The translations under genes were made by a program, and so were the position numbers. Positions 1 through 6,442 of a stretch of DNA of 12,357 nt are shown piece by piece. Within the stretch, counting starts at the first letter, position 1, and every line of letters starts with the position of its first letter. Origin of the DNA: a virus (lineage: Duplodnaviria; Heunggongvirae; Uroviricota; Caudoviricetes). The notes beneath the pieces are model-generated. The model was not told the DNA's origin. It saw only the letters and a program-made list of their open reading frames with translations, and searched no databases. The stretch lies in IMG/VR virus record IMGVR_UViG_2703718790_000029; one strand, given 5' to 3'.

Positions 1-228
1 TCACTCACTGTTAACCTCCTGCAACGCTACACGATACGCCTTCTTTATCCACGCCTTACTGCCATATAATTTCGTCTTCATAATAAACACACCTGCACGA
101 CTCGCCGATATCCCCGGACAGGTTAACAGCACAGCATCCACCACACGGTTATGCTTCCGAAACTCCATTACAGTACTGCTGATAACCACCTGCCCCACCG
201 GGCCGTAATCCTGATACAGGATTTTCAC
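1..228 (-). CDS. Hypothetical phage protein, 3'-truncated by the window edge
   Basis: ORF runs off the left edge. GTG start at 228 overlaps the upstream stop (GTGA) and is preceded by AGGAGG (revcomp of 236-241), suggesting translational coupling. No family recognised. Confidence 0.45.
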   Translation of the reverse strand: MKILYQDYGPVGQVVISSTVMEFRKHNRVVDAVLLTCPGISASRAGVFIMKTKLYGSKAWIKKAYRVALQEVNSE

Positions 229-506
229 GCAGACACCCTCCTGTCGAAATAAACGTAGTTATTCACTATGCGCAGCGGCATGCCTAATTTTCTGGCAATT
301 TCCCTTCTTTGCATGCCTCTCTGATGCAGTTGCCGCGCCAGCTCAATATCACGCTGAGAATATTTTGCCGACGGGTGAAAATCACCACGTAACATCATGC
401 TGATGCCCAGCTCCCGTGCCTTCGTTCTCACTGCCGCTTCAGTTCGTCCGATAAGTGCGCCAACGCTTTTTACCTTCATCGTTCCCGCACACTGCCGGAG
501 TATCAT
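225..506 (-). CDS. Hypothetical small protein with a C-terminal HTH-like segment (REIARKLGMPLRIVNNYV)
   Basis: Start is ambiguous: ATG at 506 (GGCGGA upstream), ATG at 479 (GGGA upstream) or the ORF-track start at 629, which would overlap the upstream gene by 90 nt. Function not recognised. Confidence 0.4.
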   Translation of the reverse strand: MILRQCAGTMKVKSVGALIGRTEAAVRTKARELGISMMLRGDFHPSAKYSQRDIELARQLHQRGMQRREIARKLGMPLRIVNNYVYFDRRVSA

Positions 507-538
507 GATTTCCGCCCGGCACCACGTCTTCCACCCAC

Positions 539-1300
539 TCACCGCTGCTGTTCTCTGGTGGCGGTAATATCCCGGAGAATATCCCGGCACTTGTTCAGCT
601 CCCGCAGCGCGGCGCAGACTCGCTCCCACTTCTGAACCTGACCTTTTGCCCGGCGCAGCTCGCGGTTAGCCACATGCAGCGATGGTAAAATCAGACCATC
701 CGGATGCTTTCTGGTGAACGACGGCTGTGACTGCACTGTGACCGCCACACTTTCCGTTTTTATTTCTTCCTGTGTTGCGGCTTCCCGGACTGGTAACGCA
801 GCACCTGCTGGCTGAGGAAAGGCCTTACCATCATTTTTCGTTACCGGCGCGGCTTTCGGATCTGCTGGTAAATTACCCCCCGACATGCAGTAACGAAATT
901 TACCGTTCTGATTAACGCGTGCCAGCCGCCCCGTTGCGGTTACCACCGCCAGCGTGGAAGCAACCTTGCGAGTACTGACGCCGAACTTACCCGCCAGTTC
1001 CTCACACGTTTTAGCACCATCCTGACCGATAAACTCAACCATCATGTCTGCGGTAACTTTTGGAGCGACCTCTTCGGTTACCACATCCGGCGCTTCAGGT
1101 TGTAGTGCCTGCCCTTCGGTTACCCCGGCTTCACCTTCGACAGCCAGAAACCAGGTGTGACCCGTTTTATCAACAACGCCATTTTTTTTGAGTTCCCACA
1201 GTTCGTTAAGAACTTCTTCACGGCTGATATCAAGCCGCGCCGCCAGTTCAACAGAATTGGCTTTTCCCATCGCTTTCAGTGCATGCAATACAGTTTCCAT
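539..1300 (-). CDS. Hypothetical phage protein with two winged-helix-like segments
   Basis: 253-aa ORF with ATG at 1300 and GAGG about 11 nt upstream; sits downstream of the helicase-loader gene where lambdoid phages carry nin-region genes. Possibly a DUF1627-type protein; not verified. Confidence 0.55.
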   Translation of the reverse strand: METVLHALKAMGKANSVELAARLDISREEVLNELWELKKNGVVDKTGHTWFLAVEGEAGVTEGQALQPEAPDVVTEEVAPKVTADMMVEFIGQDGAKTCEELAGKFGVSTRKVASTLAVVTATGRLARVNQNGKFRYCMSGGNLPADPKAAPVTKNDGKAFPQPAGAALPVREAATQEEIKTESVAVTVQSQPSFTRKHPDGLILPSLHVANRELRRAKGQVQKWERVCAALRELNKCRDILRDITATREQQR

Positions 1301-1325
1301 CGAAAATTTACCTCGTCAAAAATTC

Positions 1326-2057
1326 TCACATACCCTGACGTCCAACGTTTGACCGCCAGCTCTCCCAGTTAAAATTCACCCAACGACCACCATTCATGGT
1401 CATACGGTCCATCACCCGATCTCCGAGGAGTGTGCTCATCGCTGCGTGATTCAGGTTCGTCAGCATTCCGACACTACGCATCGAAGCCGTTCTGCGGTCG
1501 ACTATCTGGTTCAGCGTGACCTGCTCGTTGCGCGTATCCCGCTGCATGCCAATTTCATCAAGGACCAGAAGGTCAACTCCACAAAGCTCCTGTAAAAATT
1601 TTTCCCCGGACTGGCCGTTGTCGTAGCCGTCATGCAACACGCTCATGACATCGGACACGGTGACGATAATCACGCTTCTCCCCTTCGCCATCAGCCGATT
1701 GCCAATCGCTGCTGCCAGGTGATTTTTACCGGTACCAGGTTTACCGCTGAACACGAAGTTTGTACATCCGGTCATCAATTCATCGGCAATGGATTTCGCC
1801 TGGCTCAGAGCATGGCGCTGACCGTCGTTCTGCACCCGGTAGTTCCCGAATGAGCACTTCCTGTGAAGCGGCTGGATGCCCGCACGGTTCAGGATTTTTT
1901 CAACCCGCACCTGATGATTCAGGCGGTTAATCTCCTCGCTGCGTTTTCGTCCTTCAGCAAGTTGCCATTCCCGCCACTCCTCCACCGTCCGGTACGGTGG
2001 AACCGCCCCCCTGTGGTGCAAGTCTGCGAATACGTTCAAGAACCCCAACTGCCGCAA
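1326..2057 (-). CDS. DnaC-like replicative helicase loader (phage P analogue, YdaV-like)
   Basis: Walker A motif FSGKPGTGKNHLAAAIGN, Walker B LLVLDEIG, and near-collinear similarity to E. coli DnaC as I recall it (e.g. CSFGNYRV, LNQIVDRR, RVMDRM). Start is TTG at 2057 in the ORF track; the true start is uncertain. Confidence 0.85.
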   Translation of the reverse strand: MRQLGFLNVFADLHHRGAVPPYRTVEEWREWQLAEGRKRSEEINRLNHQVRVEKILNRAGIQPLHRKCSFGNYRVQNDGQRHALSQAKSIADELMTGCTNFVFSGKPGTGKNHLAAAIGNRLMAKGRSVIIVTVSDVMSVLHDGYDNGQSGEKFLQELCGVDLLVLDEIGMQRDTRNEQVTLNQIVDRRTASMRSVGMLTNLNHAAMSTLLGDRVMDRMTMNGGRWVNFNWESWRSNVGRQGM

Positions 2058-2073
2058 TGTTTTTCATGACACG

Positions 2074-3036
2074 TCACCCCCTGAATCCCGGCGGTATTTC
2101 AGTGTCCGGTTCAGAAATGTGATTCACGCAACGCTGCGCGGGCGAACGCCCCAGGCGGATAACCAGTTCATCCCATTTTTCCCGGAGTTTTGCCGGACTC
2201 ATGATGTTTTTTACCCAGAACGAATCCCGCTGGAGACGCCCAAACATTTCACAAATTTGTCTGTGAGTTCTGCCATCCAGCATCCGCATTGTCCGCACGT
2301 CATTGGCCCATGCAGTCCAGTTGGGTTCTTTCGGTCTCGTGATCTCGCCATCATCGCTGGCCGCCTGCTCGTAAAGACTCACGATTCGTCCCCAGATCCA
2401 CTGTGCGCACACCAAATCTTCCTGACTTCCCCACTGGCGTTTTTTCGCACTGAACACAACCGCGTCAGGGTGTCGGGTTAAAAAATCCTGTTCAGCCGTC
2501 TGCGGGTCCGGTTGCGAAGCGTCCGGACAAGAAGATCTTTTATCTGACGGATCAGGTTTTAATACTGACGGATCGGGGTCAATCATCGCCCCCCTAATCG
2601 GCAGTTTGTTATCAACAGTTGATCCATCAAAATTTGACGGGTCAACCGTTGAGGGGGCAATATTTGACGGGTCAACTGTTAACGGGTCATTTTTTGCCGG
2701 GCTAATTTTTCTTTTCGGTTTATATGACTCACGCGCCGCCGCCGCAGCTGCTTCGAGTTTTTCCACATTAAGCCGATAGATATTGCTTACATTACGCCCA
2801 CCGACCTTACGCTCTTCCTTCGTCAGCCAGCCCTCTTTCGCCAGTTCTGCAATAGCCGATTTCACTGTGGATTCACTTCTTGCACCGATCTGACGCCGGA
2901 TAGTTTCAATGGCAGGCCATGACACGCCCTCGTCATTGCTGTAGTCTGCAAGACGGGCCATAACCGCCACCCTGGATAAGATCATGCCGGTGAAGGCGCA
3001 CCCTTCCCAGACAAGACCATGAAGCTTGCTGCTCAT
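2074..3036 (-). CDS. Replication initiator, O-like, with N-terminal winged-HTH and DnaT-like C-terminal domain
   Basis: C-terminal ...NHISEPDTEIPPGFRG resembles the C-terminus of E. coli DnaT as recalled. Iteron-like DNA repeats lie inside the gene. ATG at 3036 is preceded by GGGGG; the ORF track's GTG at 3051 is an alternative. Confidence 0.7.
   Translation of the reverse strand: MSSKLHGLVWEGCAFTGMILSRVAVMARLADYSNDEGVSWPAIETIRRQIGARSESTVKSAIAELAKEGWLTKEERKVGGRNVSNIYRLNVEKLEAAAAAARESYKPKRKISPAKNDPLTVDPSNIAPSTVDPSNFDGSTVDNKLPIRGAMIDPDPSVLKPDPSDKRSSCPDASQPDPQTAEQDFLTRHPDAVVFSAKKRQWGSQEDLVCAQWIWGRIVSLYEQAASDDGEITRPKEPNWTAWANDVRTMRMLDGRTHRQICEMFGRLQRDSFWVKNIMSPAKLREKWDELVIRLGRSPAQRCVNHISEPDTEIPPGFRG
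2540..2730. repeat. Putative replication origin: iteron-like direct repeats plus a flanking AT-rich tract inside the O-like gene
   Basis: CTGACGGATC at 2543-2552 and 2564-2573; ATTTGACGGGTCAAC at 2631-2645 and 2661-2675; related GGGTCAA copies near 2575 and GGGTCAT near 2683; T-rich tract 2687-2725. Lambda ori likewise lies within O. Confidence 0.45.
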
Positions 3037-3058
3037 AAAACCCCCGAACACCGTGCTT

Positions 3059-3484
3059 TTAGTGCATCACCACAGCATTCCCTGCCGGGCCGCCGCGATT
3101 CATCTGGTCATACAAAACAACCGCTGACGCAACAAAATCATCGACATCCTTCACCAGCCGATCCCTCCGTTCGACGATCTCACGGTAATATTCAGAACTG
3201 TGGCTGCGCATACGGGCCACCAGCAAAGGCGGCATCGCCTTTTCGATCGCCGGTAACAGAGCCTGCATTTTTTCAACAGCATCAGGGGTGTCTTTATCCA
3301 GCCAACGGAAAATTTTCTGGGTATTACGGGCCAGGGCTTCCGGATGGCTGTCGTCATACAGTTCCGGGAACGTCATTCCCAGCTCGAAATACGCTTTGGT
3401 AATTTTCGCAGCCGGTACTTTTTCGCCGTCCGGATGCGCCCAGACATTCATCGCCATGCGGATGTGTTCATGCTTGATTTTCAT
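3059..3484 (-). CDS. YdaT-like protein (second gene of the cro-side operon)
   Basis: 141-aa ORF starting MKIKHEHI; its ATG overlaps the stop of the upstream YdaS-like gene (ATGA), as in the Rac ydaS-ydaT arrangement. Family assignment from position and size. Confidence 0.55.
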   Translation of the reverse strand: MKIKHEHIRMAMNVWAHPDGEKVPAAKITKAYFELGMTFPELYDDSHPEALARNTQKIFRWLDKDTPDAVEKMQALLPAIEKAMPPLLVARMRSHSSEYYREIVERRDRLVKDVDDFVASAVVLYDQMNRGGPAGNAVVMH

Positions 3485-3783
3485 GAATCAACTCCATCAG
3501 ATAAGCATGCACTACAATCACCTTCAGCATGAACTACATGTGTTTGCCCCAAACGAATGCCGCTCGCATACTCAGGCCAAATAAGCTCCCAATCATGAGG
3601 TCGTAGCTCCGCCCTACTTACTTGGCCTTCCGTCGCAGATTCGATCATAAGGGCGCGGGTTGGAGATATAGCTGTTCGTCCAGACGCCATTTGCGATAAG
3701 TAAGATGGCGATACACCAAGTCTGGCCGCGAATTTCTTAGCATCACCAACCCTTAATGATTTAATAAACTCTTTTAATGTCAT
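3481..3783 (-). CDS. YdaS/Cro-like HTH regulator
   Basis: HTH-like segment AARLGVSPSYLSQMASG and ...GQVSRAELRPHDWE motif; GAGGAAGG Shine-Dalgarno just upstream of ATG 3783; divergent from the repressor-like gene. Confidence 0.65.
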   Translation of the reverse strand: MTLKEFIKSLRVGDAKKFAARLGVSPSYLSQMASGRTAISPTRALMIESATEGQVSRAELRPHDWELIWPEYASGIRLGQTHVVHAEGDCSACLSDGVDS

Positions 3784-3880
3784 ACCTTCCTCGGTTTAGT
3801 GTTTTTTTGCGAGTTTAGTGTTTAATAAACCATTAAGTCAAGTATTTGCTTGTTTAGTGATTACTAAAGATAATTACCAC
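3784..3880. promoter_or_regulatory. Divergent promoter/operator region (OR-like)
   Basis: Three direct GTTTAGTG copies (3794-3801, 3813-3820, 3852-3859). Candidate plus-strand promoter TTGCTT 3846-3851, 17-bp spacer, GATAAT 3869-3874, putting the start at about ATG 3881 (leaderless). Candidate minus-strand promoter TTGACT (revcomp of 3836-3841), TAAACT (revcomp of 3812-3817). Confidence 0.5.
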
Positions 3881-4252
3881 ATGCAAAAAAAAGAAATTCG
3901 CCGTTTACGTCTCAAGGAGTGGTTTAAAGATAAAACTCTGCCACCCAAAGAGAAGAGCTACCTATCTCAACTAATGAGTGGGAGAGCCTCGTTTGGAGAA
4001 AAGGCTGCCAGAAGAATAGAGCAAACATACGGGATGCCGGAAGGGTATCTGGATGCGGAATACGCAGAACAACCGGGGGTTTCTCCACCACATGCAGGGT
4101 TAACGTCTAATCAACTGGAATTATTGCAGATTTTTTCAGCCTTCCCTGAGGATGAGCAACGCCAGATAATCAGCGAGTTAAAGCAGAAAAAAGAATCAAT
4201 GGAAGATCTCATAGCGAGATGGATTGCGGCGCAAAAATGCCGCCGCGCCTGA
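3881..4252 (+). CDS. paaR2: PaaR2-like HTH regulator; candidate prophage repressor (cI position)
   Basis: First gene of a three-gene operon with the PaaA2/ParE2-like pair; N-terminal XRE-type HTH-like segment; no Shine-Dalgarno before ATG 3881. The ORF-track start (GTG 3818) is probably an over-extension. Confidence 0.55.
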   Translation: MQKKEIRRLRLKEWFKDKTLPPKEKSYLSQLMSGRASFGEKAARRIEQTYGMPEGYLDAEYAEQPGVSPPHAGLTSNQLELLQIFSAFPEDEQRQIISELKQKKESMEDLIARWIAAQKCRRA

Positions 4253-4272
4253 GTTATAAAACCGGAGGAAAC

Positions 4273-4464
4273 ATGAATAGAGCCCTTTCACCAATGGTTT
4301 CTGAATTTGAAACCATTGAACAAGAAAACAGTTACAACGAATGGCTGCGTGCGAAAGTAGCAACGAGCCTTGCAGATCCGCGCCCAGCAATTCCCCATGA
4401 CGAAGTTGAGCGCAGAATGGCAGAACGCTTTGCTAAGATGCGCAAGGAACGGAGCAAGCAGTAA
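4273..4464 (+). CDS. paaA2: PaaA2-like antitoxin (63 aa)
   Basis: GGAGG at 4264-4268 before ATG 4273; 63-aa product MNRALSPMVSEFETIEQENSYNEWLRAK... matches my recollection of E. coli O157 PaaA2; sits immediately upstream of the ParE-like toxin. Confidence 0.7.
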   Translation: MNRALSPMVSEFETIEQENSYNEWLRAKVATSLADPRPAIPHDEVERRMAERFAKMRKERSKQ

Positions 4465-4465
4465 A

Positions 4466-4744
4466 ATGTTACCCGTGTTATGGCTTGAAAGCGCAGATAC
4501 CGACCTAGATGATATAACTAGTTATATTGCTCGTTTCGACATAGATGCGGCTGAACGCTTATGGCAGCGATTAAGGGGTTGTGTGCTGCCGTTATCCGAA
4601 CATCCGTATTTATACCCACCAAGCGACAGAGTACCTAGCTTGCGTGAGATTGTAGCCCACCCTAACTATATAATTCTATACCGCGTAACAACATCAAGCG
4701 TTGAAGTAGTAAACGTGATCCACGCAAGACGCCAGTTTCCCTAA
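4466..4744 (+). CDS. parE2: ParE2-like toxin (RelE/ParE superfamily, 92 aa)
   Basis: ATG at 4466 lies 1 nt after the antitoxin stop; size and antitoxin-then-toxin order are typical of ParE family modules. The ORF-track start at 4370 overlaps the antitoxin and is unlikely. Confidence 0.7.
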   Translation: MLPVLWLESADTDLDDITSYIARFDIDAAERLWQRLRGCVLPLSEHPYLYPPSDRVPSLREIVAHPNYIILYRVTTSSVEVVNVIHARRQFP

Positions 4745-4762
4745 CTTTCACTACCAATAGAA

Positions 4763-4826
4763 ACATAACAACCGCAACGACTTTATCAAAAGCGTTGTGT
4801 TTGTTATGTCCCGCGGTTTAGTTTTT
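4763..4826 (+). terminator. Long imperfect hairpin downstream of parE2 (possible operon terminator or stabiliser)
   Basis: 4763-4779 ACATAACAACCGCAACG pairs with 4793-4809 CGTTGTGTTTGTTATGT (17 bp, one mismatch, one G-U); loop of 13 nt; T-run at 4822-4826 is not immediately adjacent to the stem. Confidence 0.4.
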
Positions 4827-4860
4827 ACTTGACTTAAGTTTAATGTTTATTAAACTAAAA
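4826..4860 (+). promoter_or_regulatory. pL-like promoter with an operator-like element (OL-like)
   Basis: TTGACT 4829-4834, 16-bp spacer, TAAACT 4851-4856. The segment 4826-4855 is an inverted copy of 3820-3844 (shared TACTTGACTTAA ... TTTATTAAAC). Confidence 0.45.
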
Positions 4861-5030
4861 ATACCACCCCGCCCCACAGAACGCAGGGAAATACTTCGAG
4901 TTACCCGGCAGTGGTCAGGGGTTAAGTAGCCAGCCCGAGGCGTATGAACATGACGGCAGGGTTCAACTTTAATAACTATGCAGCAGGTTTTTGTTCCGCT
5001 ACCCCGGCGTTAAGGGGAAATGAGGTCAGC

Positions 5031-5183
5031 ATGGATACTATCGATCTTGGCAACAACGCATCTCTGGTGTACGGCGTGTTTCCAAACCAGGACGGCACGT
5101 TCACCGCAATGACGTATACCAAAAGCAAAACGTTTAAAACCGAAAATGGTGCCCGTCGCTGGCTTGCCAAAAATACCAGCTAA
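5031..5183 (+). CDS. Small hypothetical protein (50 aa), possibly YdaF/YdfA-like
   Basis: GAGG at 5022-5025 is 5 nt before ATG 5031; an in-frame ATG at 4944 would give 79 aa. Family guessed from size and position only. Confidence 0.4.
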   Translation: MDTIDLGNNASLVYGVFPNQDGTFTAMTYTKSKTFKTENGARRWLAKNTS

Positions 5184-5381
5184 ACCATTTATTGGATTAA
5201 TTCAATATTCTTGCTGTAGGGGTATAGCCGAGGCCACCAAAGCCCGGAGGTGGTGAAATAAAACCGGGCACAACACGAAGGCGCATTTCCGGTATCCATA
5301 AAGAGTCGGTCTTGTCTGTTAAATTTAAATGGTGGGAGTGCGCCTCCGGTTGTGAATAACAACACTGCTGTGTGTAGTCTT

Positions 5382-5428
5382 GGCGGCATCAGTTTTTTCT
5401 TGAAGTTCGACTGATGTCCGCCCTTTTT
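5382..5428 (+). terminator. Intrinsic terminator-like hairpin
   Basis: GGCGGCATCAG (5382-5392) pairs with CTGATGTCCGCC (5411-5422), followed by CTTTTT (5423-5428). Confidence 0.55.
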
Positions 5429-5603
5429 AAAGTGAATTTTGTGATGCGGTGAATGCGGCTAAGCGCACGCGGCACAGTTAAAAGTCATGTTAGTCCTTAT
5501 TGGTTTGGGTGGGAAAGCCGACTGTAATTGTTAACTGGTTGCAGTCACCTGGAGGCACCAGGCACCGCATCAACAAAGTTCATTTGTAAAAATGGAGATA
5601 ATT

Positions 5604-5825
5604 ATGATTGCACATCACTTCGGAACTGATGAAATACCACGTCAGTGTGTGACTCCTGGTGATTATGTTCTTCATGAAGGCCGGACATATATCGCCTCGG
5701 CAAACAATATTAAAAAGCGAAAACTTTATATTCGTAACCTGACTACAAAAACATGCATTTCTGACTGCATGATTAAAGTCTTCCTCGGTCGTGATGGTTT
5801 ACCTGTAAAGGCGGAGTCATGGTGA
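5604..5825 (+). CDS. kilR: KilR-like cell-division inhibitor
   Basis: GGAG at 5594-5597 before ATG 5604; 73-aa product; sits upstream of ydaE-racC-recE as in Rac. Identity from size, order and partial sequence recollection. Confidence 0.6.
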   Translation: MIAHHFGTDEIPRQCVTPGDYVLHEGRTYIASANNIKKRKLYIRNLTTKTCISDCMIKVFLGRDGLPVKAESW

Positions 5826-5995
5826 TGACTAAGAAAATAAAATGTGCTTACCACCTTTGCAATAAAGGAATTGAAGAAAGCAAAAGCATTAAAAGACCAC
5901 TTCATTTCATGCGTGGAGTTATCCCAACGACGGAAATGAAAAAATATTGTAGTGAAAATTGTGCCGAAAAAGACCAGATGGCACACGAACTTTAA
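5825..5995 (+). CDS. ydaE: YdaE-like small zinc-binding protein (56 aa)
   Basis: Not in the ORF track (under 60 aa). Its ATG at 5825 overlaps the kilR stop (ATGGTGATG); product has two Cys pairs (KCAYHLC ... YCSENC); 56 aa matches Rac YdaE. Confidence 0.55.
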   Translation: MTKKIKCAYHLCNKGIEESKSIKRPLHFMRGVIPTTEMKKYCSENCAEKDQMAHEL

Positions 5996-6068
5996 TTAAC
6001 TGACTATGCGAAACTGAATTTATGCCAGCAATGGCAGGGATTCGCTCAACCTTAATTAAGGAGAAAAA

Positions 6069-6344
6069 ATGATTACCAATTATGAAGTCACTGTTGTAAC
6101 TACCGATGACATTGTTCACGAGGTTAATCTGGAAGGAAAGCGTATTGGCTACGTGATTAAAACAGAAAATAAAGAAACCCCATTCACTGTGGTTGATATT
6201 GACGGTCCATCAGGCAACGTAAAAACACTTGATGAAGGTGTCACAAAAATGAGTCTGGTTCACATCGGAAAGAATCTGCCCGCAGAAAAAAAAGCCGGAT
6301 TTCTGGCAACTCTGATTGCAATGAAATTAAAAGGTGAAATCTGA
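6069..6344 (+). CDS. racC: RacC-like protein (91 aa)
   Basis: AAGGAG at 6057-6062 before ATG 6069; 91 aa, immediately upstream of recE as in Rac. Confidence 0.55.
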   Translation: MITNYEVTVVTTDDIVHEVNLEGKRIGYVIKTENKETPFTVVDIDGPSGNVKTLDEGVTKMSLVHIGKNLPAEKKAGFLATLIAMKLKGEI

Positions 6345-6442
6345 AAAAAGAAAGCCTGCACAACGTGCAGGCCTGAGTGAAGAACCTGGGACATTTATTC
6401 ATCACTCGCAGTAATTTTAATCTGAGTTGAGGTTAAAAAACA

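Noticed and set aside
1157-2481. Plus-strand ORFs 1157-1372, 1632-1853, 1863-2069 and 2119-2481
   Set aside because: Antisense to the replication-module genes and without ribosome-binding sites.
3216-3223. Single Chi octamer (GCTGGTGG on the minus strand)
   Set aside because: One isolated copy is within chance expectation.
3019-3584. ORFs 3019-3402 (+), 3151-3357 (-), 3288-3584 (+) and 3344-3532 (+) overlapping the YdaT-like and YdaS-like genes
   Set aside because: Alternative frames or antisense of better-supported genes; low-complexity or unusual composition.
4196-4390. Minus-strand ORF antisense to the paaR2/paaA2 junction
   Set aside because: Overlaps two supported genes on the other strand and has no translation signals.
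5244-5269. Short hairpin GCCCGG...CCGGGC considered as a boxB/nut-like site
   Set aside because: No boxA-like motif nearby and the loop is too long for a boxB-type structure.
4976-5389. Minus-strand ORFs 4976-5170 and 5189-5389
   Set aside because: No Shine-Dalgarno; the first is antisense to the small plus-strand ORF; the second starts inside the terminator hairpin and has an implausible composition.
5726-6119. Minus-strand ORFs 5726-5986 and 5919-6119
   Set aside because: Antisense to kilR, ydaE and racC.
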